From the NCBI GenBank assembly GCA_963807915.1, contig CAWEDO010000001.1, forward strand, positions 205,561 through 269,560: DNA of 64,000 nt. The letters run 5' to 3'. Position 1 is the first letter of the stretch. Every line of letters starts with the position of its first letter. Below, piece after piece: positions 46,992 through 59,580 of the stretch. The position numbers and the translations under genes are program-made. The notes under the pieces are model-generated. The model was not told the origin of the DNA and searched no databases. It worked only from the letters and a program-made list of their open reading frames with translations. Source of the stretch: an uncultured Chloroflexia bacterium. Lineage in GTDB: Bacteria > Chloroflexota > Limnocylindria > QHBO01.

Positions 46992-47776
46992 TGGAGGGAC
47001 AGGGTCGCGTCGCGTCGGGCCTTGGCCAGCACGAAGACGAGCGTGACCCGCGCCGCCACGTAGTAGACGACGGCCAGGATGAAGCACATCGCGATGGCGA
47101 GGACCGGCGGATCGGCGCCGATGGTGGCGCCCCGGATCGCCTCCATCCCCCAGGTCGGCGCCAGCAGCCAGCTGATGGGGCGGACCCAGAAGGGGAGCGT
47201 CGCCACGGGCACAAGGAGTCCCGCCACCAGCCAGATCGGGTACTCGAGCAGGTTGCCGAGCGCGTTGGCGTGGCGGTACAGGACGAAGGTCGTGGCGATG
47301 AGCATCCCCAGCGCGCCGAGCGACACGATCGCTGCCAGCAGCGAGAGCGGCAGGATCAGCGGGAACGTTGCCTCGAGCGGCATGCCGAAGAGGAGCACGC
47401 CCCAGGCGAGGGTGGCCACGATCCCGTAGAAGCCGAACACCACCGCCCCGAAGGTCTGGCCGACGAGGATGTAGTCATAGCGCGAGGGAGCGTTGACGAG
47501 CAGCTCGAGCGTGCCCTCCCAGCGCTGCCAGGCGATCGCCCCGCCGCAGCCGAAGAGCGTCGTGCTCCAGACCCCCATCATCCCGGCGCCGAGCGCGACG
47601 TAGAGGAGCGTCTGGCCCGCCGTCCCGCCACCGGACCTGAAGAGGAAGAAGGCGAGCGTGGCGAAGATGAGCGGCGAGATGAAGGTCAGCAGGATGAAGA
47701 ACTCGCTGGCCAGCAGCATCTTCACGTTGAACCACGTGACGAAGGAGATGAGCCGCAGGGTCCGCGAACCACTCAT
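46988..47776 (-). CDS. ABC-2 type transporter permease
   Basis: QRWEGTLELL, LAPTWGMEAIR; 6 TM. Confidence 0.85.
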   Translation of the reverse strand: MSGSRTLRLISFVTWFNVKMLLASEFFILLTFISPLIFATLAFFLFRSGGGTAGQTLLYVALGAGMMGVWSTTLFGCGGAIAWQRWEGTLELLVNAPSRYDYILVGQTFGAVVFGFYGIVATLAWGVLLFGMPLEATFPLILPLSLLAAIVSLGALGMLIATTFVLYRHANALGNLLEYPIWLVAGLLVPVATLPFWVRPISWLLAPTWGMEAIRGATIGADPPVLAIAMCFILAVVYYVAARVTLVFVLAKARRDATLSLQ

Positions 47777-47785
47777 GCGATCACC

Positions 47786-48817
47786 CTACTGCACCGATGC
47801 GGCTCGCGCCGATCGGGCCTCATCGTCCCCAGTCGTGGCGATCAGGTGGACGTAGGCGTCCTCGAGGGTCGGCTCGCGTGCCACGACCTTGCCGACTCGC
47901 GTGTCGCCGAGCAGTGAGAGGAGCCGCTGGGTGATGTGCGCCCCGCGGTCGCTCTGGACGAGGAGGATCTGGCTCTGGTCCCGCTCCTCCATGTTGATGG
48001 CGCTCACGTCGGCGTCGCCCCGCAGCCGCTCGACCGCCTCGTCGGTCACGCCGAAGGTCTCGATCTCGACGATGGTCCGATCGGCGATCGCGTTCTTCAG
48101 GTCGGCCCCGGTGCCCATTGCCACGATGCGGCCTGCGTTGATGACCGCGATCCGGTCGCAGAGGGCATCGGCCTCGAACATGTAGTGCGTGGTCAGGAGG
48201 ACGGTCTTGCCGGCGTCGACCAGCGAGCGCACGGTCTGGCGCAGCTCGCGCGCACCCACCGGGTCGAGGCCGATGGACGGCTCATCCATGAAGATCACCT
48301 CCGGGTCGTGGAGGAGGCCGCGCGCGATGTGCAGGCGCTGCCGCATGCCGCGGCTGTAGCCCTCGACCTTCTCGTTCTCACGCCCGGTCAGGCCGACGAG
48401 CTCCAGCAGGGCGCCGATGCGCCGCTTCTGCTCCGACGGCTCGACGCCGTACAGCTCGGCGAAATAGCGCAGGTTGTCGACGCCGCTGACCCGGTCGTAG
48501 AGGCCGCGGTCGCCGCCGAACACGTAGCCGATCCGCTGCCGCACCTCGGTGGTGTCGCGCACGACGTCGAAGCCCATCACGGTGGCGGTTCCCGAGGTCG
48601 GCAACAGCAGGGTGATGAGCATCTTGATGGTCGTGGTCTTGCCCGCCCCATTGGGGCCGAGCAGGCCGAACAGCTCGCCGGGTCGCACGTCGAAGCTGAT
48701 GCCGCGCACCGCCTCGACCGTCATCGGTCGGCGGCGGAGGACCCCGGTGTGCGTCTGGTAGGTCCGCACCAGGTCGACGGCCTCGATGGCCGGGACGTCC
48801 CCCGCCCCGCCGGCCAT
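47786..48817 (-). CDS. ABC transporter ATP-binding protein (DrrA-like)
   Basis: GPNGAGKTT, YSRGMRQRL, FMDEPSIGLD, TTHYM. Confidence 0.93.
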   Translation of the reverse strand: MAGGAGDVPAIEAVDLVRTYQTHTGVLRRRPMTVEAVRGISFDVRPGELFGLLGPNGAGKTTTIKMLITLLLPTSGTATVMGFDVVRDTTEVRQRIGYVFGGDRGLYDRVSGVDNLRYFAELYGVEPSEQKRRIGALLELVGLTGRENEKVEGYSRGMRQRLHIARGLLHDPEVIFMDEPSIGLDPVGARELRQTVRSLVDAGKTVLLTTHYMFEADALCDRIAVINAGRIVAMGTGADLKNAIADRTIVEIETFGVTDEAVERLRGDADVSAINMEERDQSQILLVQSDRGAHITQRLLSLLGDTRVGKVVAREPTLEDAYVHLIATTGDDEARSARAASVQ

Positions 48818-49815
48818 CAGAACCAGTCCTTGCGCTTGAAGAAGACGGCCGCGCCGACCATCGAGACCGCCATGGCCGCCAGCGCGACCGGGTAGCCGAT
48901 CTGCGAGCTGAGCTCGGGCATGAAGTGGAAGTTCATGCCGTAGATGCCGGCGATGAGCGTCGGGACCATCAGGATCACCGTAAAGGCGGTGAGCCGCTTC
49001 ATGACGGCGTTCAGGTTGTTGCTGGTGACCGAGAGGTTGGCCTCGAGGGCCGATGCCAGCAGGTCGCGCTGCAGGTCCAGCTGGTCCAGGACGCGAACCA
49101 GGTGGTCGTAGAGGTCCTGGAAGTACGGGGCGGAGAGGTCGTCCACGAGCGGCAGGTCGCGACGCAGCAGGGCGTTCGCCACGTCCCGCTGCGGTGACAG
49201 CGTTCGGCGGAGCTCGAGCAGCTCCCGCTTCATGTCCAGGATCGGCCGCAGCGTGGCGGCGCCCGTCTGTTTGGCGGCCAGGATCTGGTCCTCGAGGTCC
49301 TCGATCCGGTCCGAGATCCGATCGAGGAGCGGGAAGTAGCCGTCGATCGCCGCGTCGAGGATGGCATAGAGGAGCGTTCCGGGAGTCCGGGCCACGGCGT
49401 CCGGCCGGTCGCGGAATCGTCGCTCGACCTCCTCGATGGAGGGCGAGGCCTGCCATCGGACGCTGATGATGTAGCCGGTACCGGCGAAGAGATGGAGCTC
49501 GCCGAGGTCATAGGACCGATCCTTCGCGGTCGGCTCGAGCACCTCGTAGGTCACGATCATCTGCTGTTCGGAGTAGGTATCCAGCTTCGCGCGCTGCCTG
49601 CGCTTCTCGAGGTCCTCCAGTGCCAGCGGATGCACCGAGAACTCGTCGCGCAGCAGCGCCAGGTCATCGGCGGTCGGCGAGGAGATGTCGAGCCAGACGA
49701 GGTGCTCCGGCTTCGACCGCATCACGTCGATCTTGTGCAGGTCCTTGGGTCCCAGGACCTGCAGGTCGCCGCCGGGGAGGCGCGCCAGGCAGGTTCGATT
49801 CGGAGCGGTATCCAT
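48817..49815 (-). CDS. corA: CorA-family Mg2+/Co2+ transporter
   Basis: VWLDI, HPLALED, GIYGMNFHFMPEL signature, two C-terminal TM. Confidence 0.93.
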   Translation of the reverse strand: MDTAPNRTCLARLPGGDLQVLGPKDLHKIDVMRSKPEHLVWLDISSPTADDLALLRDEFSVHPLALEDLEKRRQRAKLDTYSEQQMIVTYEVLEPTAKDRSYDLGELHLFAGTGYIISVRWQASPSIEEVERRFRDRPDAVARTPGTLLYAILDAAIDGYFPLLDRISDRIEDLEDQILAAKQTGAATLRPILDMKRELLELRRTLSPQRDVANALLRRDLPLVDDLSAPYFQDLYDHLVRVLDQLDLQRDLLASALEANLSVTSNNLNAVMKRLTAFTVILMVPTLIAGIYGMNFHFMPELSSQIGYPVALAAMAVSMVGAAVFFKRKDWF

Positions 49816-49865
49816 CGGACCGCTGAGTCTAGCGGGGCCCGCCCTGCCGATCCGCGGCCCGCCCC

Positions 49866-51226
49866 TCAGACGGTGGCGCGGATCAGCGCGTTGGCCGCAT
49901 CGCGGTCGGACGCCTTCTCGAACACGAGCAGCAGGTTGCTGCCGAACCAGTCGACCTTCAGGGCGGGGCGCTGCGATCGCACCATGATCAGGTCGCCGGG
50001 CTCCGTGCCACCCAGGCCGCCCAGGTCGCGCGGGATGAGGAAGTCCCGCCATCGGCCGTCGATCTCGATCCGCAGCTCGGTGCCGCTCGCCGGCACGCCA
50101 CGGAGCGTCGCGGGCAGGTCGGCGACCTCGAAGGGGGAGGCGTTCGGCGGCGTGATCCTGCCGGTCGCGCGGCTGGACAGCTGGCCCGAGTGCTCCCCGC
50201 TCGTGCTGATGTGGCGGGCGCGCGGGTGAGCCCGGAATCGCGGATAGGGGAGCCTCGTGCCCACGAACAGCACCGTCGCGAAGGCGGTGAAGAGGATCGG
50301 GCCCAGCCAGAGGTGGTCGATCGGCAGGCCCAGGTCGTGCTCGACGTGAGCTGCCTGCAGGACGTGGCCCCAGCCGAGCAGGCCGTGGACGATGGGCAGC
50401 GCCAGCAGGCTTCCCAGCAGCTCGCGGTCCTGGGCGTGATGGCCGACCCCGTGGAATGGCGCCACCGACGGCGGGTAGAGGGTGCGCACCACCACGTGCC
50501 GTCCGTCGGCATCCGCTGCGAGGTGGTCCCACACGCCGATGCCATCGGCCAGGGACCGCGCCTCGCACGCGCCCCGGCCCACGCAGGTCGCGATGCCATC
50601 GCCGAACTCGACCCTGACCCGCACCAGCTCGCCAACCTTCGCGCCGCCCAGCTCGGCGAGCGAGCCGAGGTCCTTGACCGAGTTCTGCCCTGGTTCCTCC
50701 TCAATGAGCAGGAAGCGCGCCAGGTCGTCGCCCGGGTCCGGCTGTCCGCGCGCCACGAGGCCGTCCTTCGTCCGTTCGACCGCCGCCGGGTCATCGACGA
50801 CGCGGGCGGTCACGCTCCGGCTCCGAAGCGCATCAGGCGTCACGAGGGAGCGAACGAGGACCAGGCGCAGCTCCTGGAGGCTGTCGCGGACCGCGTACCA
50901 GCGGTAGACGAAGCCGGCGCCCGATGCGTCGGGTGGCGGTTCGGCATCGAGCGGCGTGAGCAGGGCGAACCCGTCCACGGCCACCAGCCGCGTCGACAGC
51001 CCCACATTGCGATCCACGAGCTCTGCCACGGTCACCGGCCGGACGATGATCTCGACCATGGCCTGGCCGACGGGGATGATCGTCAGCAGCGCGAGGAGGA
51101 TCAGCAGGCCGGGGATGACCGGGAGCCGCCGCGGCGATGGACCGGCGGCGGTGTGCACCAGCCGTTCGATGCCGATCGGCAGGGCTCCCAGGAGCGTCAG
51201 CAGACGGTCGATGGAACGCTCCTCAT
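49866..51226 (-). CDS. Hypothetical two-TM membrane protein; probable -1 frameshift just after the start
   Basis: ATG 51226 overlaps the lectin stop (ATGA); MRSV[P]IDRLL is restored by one C; TM - large loop - TM - beta-rich tail. Confidence 0.55.
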
Positions 51227-51648
51227 GGCGCGGCGAAGGACCAGCGGCCGCCGGCCCAGCTGCCGTGGAGCAGCTCGCCGGCTTCCGTCCGCACGAACAG
51301 GTCGATCCGGTTCGGGCCCCAGCTGCAGGCGGCCGGATCCCCCTCGATGCGGACCCCGAGCGGTTCCCAGGGCTGCCAGCCGGCGGGCACGTACCAGCGG
51401 TGCCACAGGCTCCCGTCGCGGCCGCGGGCGAAGACATCGATCCGGTCGGCGCCCCAGCTGCAGGCCGCCGGGCTCCCCGTCAGCTCACCGCCGTGCGCGT
51501 GCCGTTCGTGCCACGCCTCGCCGTCCCAGTAGGTGTCCCACAGCCCTCCGTCGGGGCCGATGACGAAGACCTGCATCTCATTCGCGGCCCAGCTGACAAC
51601 CGCCGGCCGGGACCCCACCTCCGCCCCCAGTGACTCCCATCCGTGCAT
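51223..51648 (-). CDS. Three-blade Trp-rich lectin-like repeat protein (AAL/RSL/PLL-like)
   Basis: Three repeats of about 47 aa: PAVVSW..EMQVF, PAACSWGADRIDVFARG.DGSLWH, PAACSWGPNRIDLFVR; no signal peptide. Confidence 0.7.
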   Translation of the reverse strand: MHGWESLGAEVGSRPAVVSWAANEMQVFVIGPDGGLWDTYWDGEAWHERHAHGGELTGSPAACSWGADRIDVFARGRDGSLWHRWYVPAGWQPWEPLGVRIEGDPAACSWGPNRIDLFVRTEAGELLHGSWAGGRWSFAAP

Positions 51649-51735
51649 CCGCTCTCCCTGTCTCGTCTCGTGCTGGCGTGCATGATGGCCCGCCCCGGCC
51701 ATCGGCTGCTCCGGCACAGCGCCTATGCTCCCCTC

Positions 51736-53122
51736 GTGGATCGCTGGAAGACCATCATCGAGCCGTTCCGCATCAAGAGCGTCGAGCCGATCCGGATGAC
51801 GTCGGTGGCCGAGCGCGAGGGGCACCTGCGCGAGGCCGGCTACAACCTCTTCAACCTGCATGCCGCCGATGTCATCATCGACCTCCTCACCGACTCGGGC
51901 ACCGGGGCGATGTCCGCCGAGCAGTGGGCCGGCATCCAGCGCGGCGACGAGTCCTACGCGGGGTCGCCCTCGTGGTTCCGCTTCCTCGAGAGCGTGCAGG
52001 CCCTCTTCCCGTTCAAGCACGTGATCCCCACCCACCAGGGACGGGCCGCCGAGAAGATCCTCTTCAGCGTCGTCGGCGGCCCGGGCAAGGCGATCCCCAG
52101 CAACACCCACTTCGATACGACGCGCGCCAACGTGGAGTTCACCGGGGCCGAGGCGGTGGACCTCGTCATCGAGGAGGGACGTCACCCATCGGTCATCCAT
52201 CCGTTCAAGGGCAACATGGACCTCGACGCGCTCGACGCCTTCATCCGTGAGCGCGGAGCCAGACGCGATCCCGCTCGTGATGGTGACCGTCACCAACAAC
52301 TCCGGTGGGGGGCAGCCGGTCAGCCTCGAGAACCTGCGCGGGGTGCGCGAGGTCTGCGACCGGTACCACCTGCCGCTCTTCCTCGACGCGTGCCGCTTCG
52401 CGGAGAACGCCTGGTTCATCAAGCAGCGCGAGCCGGGGCAGGCGGAGCGGTCGATTCCCGACATCGTGCGCGAGATGGCGTCGCTGGCCGATGGCATGAC
52501 GATGTCGGCCAAGAAGGACGCCATCGCCAACATCGGCGGCTGGCTGGCGCTCAACGATGACGGCTGGGCCGAGGCCGCGCGCAACCTGCTGATCCTGACC
52601 GAGGGATTTCCCACGTACGGCGGCCTGGCCGGCCGCGACCTGGAGGCGATCGCCCAGGGGCTGCGCGAGGTGGTCGACGAGGACTACCTGCGTTACCGGA
52701 TCCGCTCCACCGCGTACCTGGGCGAGGCGCTGGTCGAGTCGGGGATTCCCTGCGTCCAGCCGATCGGCGGGCACGCCGTCTACCTGGACGCCGCGGCGCT
52801 GCTGCCCCACATCCCGCCGCTCGAATACCCCGGCCAGGCCCTGGCCATCGCGCTCTACCGCGAGGGCGGCATCCGCGGCTGCGAGATCGGCACGGTCATG
52901 TTCGGGATGCATCCCGATGGGACCGAGACCCCCGGACCGATGGAGCTGGTGCGCCTCGCCGTCCCGCGGCGCGTCTACACCCAGTCGCACATCGACTACG
53001 TGATCGAGGTGGTGCGGGCGGTCGCGGTGAACGCCGCCCAGCTGCGGGGGTACCGCATCGCCGAACAGCCGGCCCAGCTCCGACACTTCACCGCCCGCTT
53101 CGAGCCCCTCGCCCTCGCATGA
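51736..53122 (+). CDS. tnaA: Tryptophanase (beta-eliminating lyase; tyrosine phenol-lyase not excluded); +1 frameshift near 52261
   Basis: EPFRIKSVEP, DLLTDSGT, THQGRAAE, PLP-Lys SAKKD, TYGGLAGRD, LRHFTARF. Confidence 0.88.
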
Positions 53123-54665
53123 GCCGTCGCAGCTGGACCCTCGTCGCGGTCGTCCTCGGGTCGGCGATCGTCTTCCTCGACTCGACCATCGTGAACGTCG
53201 CGCTCAAGGCGATCGGCGAGCAGCTGCCGAGCACGATGGTGGGCGTGCTCGAGGGGGAGTCGTACGTCGTCAACGGCTACCTCCTCACCGTCTCGGCGCT
53301 GCTCATCCTCGCCGGGGCCCTGGCCGATGCATACGGACGCCGGCGGCTCTTCGTCATCGGCCTGCTCGGATTCGGGGCCAGCTCGGTGCTGTGCGGCGTC
53401 GCCCCGAACATGGAGCTGCTCATCGCGGGCCGGGTGGTGCAGGGCATCTTCGGGGCGCTCCTCGTGCCGAGCTCGCTGGCCATCATCACCGCGACCTTCG
53501 ACGGACCCGAACGCGGGCGGGCCTTCGGCATCTGGGCCGCCGCCTCGAGCGCGACCACAGTGCTCGGCCCGCCGGTCGGCGGCTTCCTGGTCGACACACT
53601 GAGCTGGCGGGTCGCCTTCCTCATCAACGTGCCGCTGGTCGTCATCGCGGTCGCCATCGCCCTGCGCTACGTGGCGGAGAGCCGCAACGAGGCCGCCCCG
53701 ACCCGCTTCGATTGGCTTGGCGCCGCGGTGGTGGCTCTCGCGGTCGGGGGGCTGGCCTTTGGCGCGATCCGCGGCCAGCAGCAGAACTGGAGCCGATCCG
53801 ATCGCCTGGGTGGCGCTCGTCATCGGCGCGGTCGCCACCGTCGCCCTGGCGCCGCTGATGGTCTTCCGTCGCGACCCGCTCATCCCGCCCGATCTCTTCC
53901 GCTCGCGCAACTTCACGATCACGAACGTCTCGACCTTCCTCATCTACGGGGCGCTCTACGTCGTCTTCTCGTACCAGGCGCTCTTCCTGCAGGGCGTGCT
54001 GGGGTACTCGGCACTCGCCTCGGGACTGGCCGGGATGCCCATCAGTCTGGCGCTTGCCTTCCTCTCGACGACCTTCGGCCACCTCGCCGGCAAGCGCGGG
54101 CCGCGCTGGTTCATGGCCGTCGGCCCGGCGCTGATGGCGGCGGGGCTGCTGTGGCTGACGCGAATCCCCACCGACAGCGCCGCGTGGCGGGCGCGGGTCG
54201 AGGACCCCGCAAGCCTCGTGCCATCGCTGCGGCTACCTGCTCGACGTCCTGCCGGCGATGGTCGTCTTCGGGCTCGGCATCGCGATCCTGGTGGCGCCGC
54301 TGACCACCGCCCTGATGGGCTCCGTCCCGACCCGCAACTCGGGCCTGGCGTCGGCGATCAACAACGCGATCAGCCGCATCGGTCCGCTCCTGGCGGGAGC
54401 GGTGATCTTCATCGGCGTGTCGGCCAGCTTCTACGGCGCGCTGCACGATCGCGTCCCGTCGCTGGACACCAGCTCGGCCGAGGTGCGCGCCGCGATCCCG
54501 CCACTGAACCCACCCGACGCGAGCCTCCCGGCAGAGCAGGTCGCGGCATCCCGCGAGGCATCAGCTGATGCCTATCACCTGGCCATGCTGATCGCGGCCC
54601 TGCTGTGCGCCGCCGGCGCGGTCACGAATGGCCTGGGGATCCGCAATCAGCCGGCCGTCGACTAA
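53119..54665 (+). CDS. DHA2 (EmrB/QacA-like) 14-TM MFS transporter; two +1 frameshifts (about 53794 and 54230)
   Basis: LDSTIVNVAL, GALADAYGRRRLF, LGPPVGG, WRVAFLINVP, GLASAINNAISRIG across three frames. Confidence 0.85.
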
Positions 54666-54674
54666 CATCCCCCC

Positions 54675-55704
54675 ATGACGACACTCACCCGACGCTTCTC
54701 GACCTGGCGCTACGTGATGAACCACGCCAACATGCCCGACGGCGTCGAGATGGACTGGCTGAGCAAGTGGCTGATCGTCACGCGTGCCGCCGTCTTCAGC
54801 ATGACCGCAACCTCCGGGCTCATCGGTGGCCTGCTGGCGATCGGCACCGCCGGCCTGGCCGTGAACTACTGGTACCTCGCCCTGTCGGTCATCGGCCTGG
54901 TGATCGCGCACGCGTCGAACAACATGATCAACGACTACTTCGACCTGGAGGGCGGCGTCGACACCGACGAGTACGTCCGCGCCCTTTACGCGCCGCACCC
55001 GATCCTCTCCGGCTGGCTCTCGAAGGCGCAGCTGCGCAACGCGATCCTGCTGATGAACGTGCTGGACCTGGGGATCCTCCTCTTCCTGGTGTCGGTGCGC
55101 GGCCCGTGGGTCGCCGCCTTCGCGTTCGGCGGCCTCTTCATCAGCGTCTTCTACGTCGCGCCGCCGATCAGGCTCAAGCACCACGGCCTCGGCGAGCCGG
55201 GCGTCTTCGTGGTCTGGGGACCGCTGATGATCGCCGGCACCTTCTTCGTGGCCACCGGCACGCTGCCCGCGTGGGTCTGGATCGCCTCGCTGCCGTACGC
55301 GATCCTCGTCACCACCGTCCTCTTCGGGAAGCACATCGACAAGATCAGCGCCGATACCGCCAAGGGGATTCGAACCCTGCCGGTGATCCTGGGCGAGGCA
55401 CGGGCGAGGGTCGTCGCCCAGGGGCTGATGATCGCCTTCTACCCGATCGTGGTCGGGTCCGCGCTGATCGGGCTGGATCGGTCCATTCGTGATGCTGGTG
55501 GTCCTGGGCATCCCGTTGCTGCTCACCGTCCTGCGCCAGTTCTCCGTGCCCCGCCCGGAGTCGCCGCCGCACAGCTACGTGGGCTGGCCGCTCTGGTTCG
55601 TGGGTGGCGCGTTCATCCACACGCGGCGCGCCGGCGGCCTCCTGATCCTGGGCCTCCTGCTGAACGCGCTCCTGCCGGGCATTCAGCTCCCCTGGGTCGG
55701 CTAA
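54675..55704 (+). CDS. UbiA/MenA-family prenyltransferase; +1 frameshift near 55473
   Basis: NMINDYFD..GGVD, YVAPPIRLKHHGLGE, HIDKISAD..KGIRTL. Confidence 0.8.
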
Positions 55705-55719
55705 CCGCACGGGGGACCG

Positions 55720-56454
55720 ATGTTCCCGATCGGCGACGAGAACCTCCCGGGTCGCGGCGTGCCGTGGGTCACGGCCGGCCTGATCGCGATCAACGTCGCC
55801 ATCTTCGTCCTCCTCCAGGGAGCCAGCGGCGACAACGCCTTCACGAATGGCTGGAGCTCGATCGCCCGCGAGATCACGACCGGCGTCGACCTCAAGCAGG
55901 CCGTTCCGTGGGAGATCGCTGGGACGCAGTACCTCATCCCCCAGGCGCCCGGCCCGGACCCGATCTACCTGACGCTCCTCTCGAGCATGTTCATGCACGG
56001 AAGCTGGCTGCACCTGGGCGGCAACATGCTCTTCCTGTGGATCTTCGGCGACAACGTCGAGCACCGCGCCGGTGCCCTGCCATACCTGATCGCCTACCTC
56101 GGCGCCGGACTGGTCGGCTCGCTGGCGCAGACGGTCAGCGATCCAAGCTCGCCGATCCCGTCGCTCGGCGCGTCGGGGGCCATCTCGGGCGTGCTGGGGG
56201 CCTACCTCGTCCTCTTCCCGCGCAACCGCGTGACCGCTTTCGTGGTGCGCTTCCTGGTGCAGATCCCGGCGCTGCTGGCGATCGGGATGTGGATCGCGCT
56301 CCAGGTCGTCTCGAGCCTCGCCGACCCGACCGGTGCCGGGGGCGTGGCCTACCTGGCGCACATCGGCGGGTTCGTGGCCGGGGTGCTGGCCGGCCTGGCG
56401 TTCCGGGCGCTCCCCGACCGCGGCGCGCCGCCGCCGGCCGGCGCTGGGGAGTGA
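55720..56454 (+). CDS. Rhomboid intramembrane serine protease
   Basis: SMFMHGSWLHLGGNMLFLWIFGDNVE, GASGAISG, AHIGG. Confidence 0.93.
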   Translation: MFPIGDENLPGRGVPWVTAGLIAINVAIFVLLQGASGDNAFTNGWSSIAREITTGVDLKQAVPWEIAGTQYLIPQAPGPDPIYLTLLSSMFMHGSWLHLGGNMLFLWIFGDNVEHRAGALPYLIAYLGAGLVGSLAQTVSDPSSPIPSLGASGAISGVLGAYLVLFPRNRVTAFVVRFLVQIPALLAIGMWIALQVVSSLADPTGAGGVAYLAHIGGFVAGVLAGLAFRALPDRGAPPPAGAGE

Positions 56455-56542
56455 CTCGCTCCGAGCCGGCTGGGTATCATGCCGGCAGCCCATTCCCGGC
56501 CCTGACGCAGAACCGCCGTCGCGGCGTGGTTCGAGGAAGCCG

Positions 56543-58366
<1,824 letters not shown>

Positions 58367-58370
58367 ACGG

Positions 58371-59330
58371 TCAGTCGCCAGGCGGCGGCAGGCCGGCCAG
58401 GCGCGCGTCGTCGCGGGCGTCGGCTCGCGCCGTGCGCCGGTCCTCGTGACGGACCCACGCGGCAACCACGAAGCCCATCGCCAGCAGGAAGACGACGTCG
58501 CCGCCCACCCACATCAGCATCCCGCCCACGCTCTGGTCGACGATCGGCGTCGGCCCCCAGTCGCGCAGGTTGCTCGTGTAGTGCGGATAGAGGGCAGTCG
58601 GCGCACTCATCAGCGCGATGCCGAGGAACGAGTTCTGGGGCATGGCCAGGAAGAGATAGAAGAGGCGCACCGGGTGGGGCAGCCGCCAGCGCGCAGGATC
58701 GGCGCCGACGACCGGCCACCAGAACAGGAGGGCGGCACCCAGGAAGGTGAGGTGCTGGAGGTCGTGCAGCCACGGGGTCTCGAGGGCCTGGTCGTACAGG
58801 TCGCTGAAGTGCCAGCCCCAGTTGACCGCCGCGAACAGGACCCAGGCCAGCAGAGGGAAGGAGATGACGGTCACCGCCCGGCTGTGCAGCACCGCCAGCA
58901 ATTGACCACGGACCGATGGCGACGCGGCGCGCAGCGCCAGCGTCGCAGGTGCCCCGAGCAGGAGCAGCGGGGCAGCCACCAACTCGAGCAGCATGTGCTG
59001 GAGCATGTGGACGCTGAAGAGCTGGCCCTCGTAGGCCTCGATCGGCGAGGTCAGGGCGACGGCCAGCACCGCCAGCCCACCCAGGAAGGCAGCGCTCCGC
59101 CAGCGCGGATGCGGATGTCCCGGGTGCCGCGCCACCACCTGCCGGCCGATGAGGAGCCAGGCGACGGCCGCGATGGCCAGGGCCGCCAGCACGATCGGCT
59201 CGAGGCGCCACTCGAGCAAGATCCCGGGGAACGAGGGCGCCGGCGCGTCCTCGCCGTGGCCGAACGACCGCATCGGCATGGCGAGCGCGAGGCCTGACGC
59301 AGCCAGCACGGCGAGTCCCCTGCGTGTCAC
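58371..59330 (-). CDS. ctaG: Cytochrome c oxidase assembly factor (Caa3_CtaG type)
   Basis: FSVHMLQHMLL, WHF..LY, HDLQHL, WWPVVG, DQSVGGMLMW; start uncertain. Confidence 0.85.
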   Translation of the reverse strand: MTRRGLAVLAASGLALAMPMRSFGHGEDAPAPSFPGILLEWRLEPIVLAALAIAAVAWLLIGRQVVARHPGHPHPRWRSAAFLGGLAVLAVALTSPIEAYEGQLFSVHMLQHMLLELVAAPLLLLGAPATLALRAASPSVRGQLLAVLHSRAVTVISFPLLAWVLFAAVNWGWHFSDLYDQALETPWLHDLQHLTFLGAALLFWWPVVGADPARWRLPHPVRLFYLFLAMPQNSFLGIALMSAPTALYPHYTSNLRDWGPTPIVDQSVGGMLMWVGGDVVFLLAMGFVVAAWVRHEDRRTARADARDDARLAGLPPPGD

Positions 59331-59580
59331 CCGCGCATTCTGGCCGTCGTCGACGCCGGTCGCTGGCCGCGGAACCGGGACGCGGCTGGCTGCCTCCGAC
59401 AACATGATCCGCTGCGGCGTGGTGAGCGGCCACGACGCGTGCGTCGCCAGGGACGCATCGGTACAATACGCCGCGCGTGCCGCCGCCTCGGTGGACGTGC
59501 CCCGGAAAGGGACCGAGTCGGACGCGGAGCTCGAGACAAGCCGCGTCCTCGTCCACGATGAGGAGCCTCGAGACGAGCTG

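Noticed and set aside
52240-55500. Programmed ribosomal frameshifting in tnaA, the MFS gene or the menA-like gene
   Set aside because: No slippery heptamers, and no precedent in these families; sequencing error is simpler
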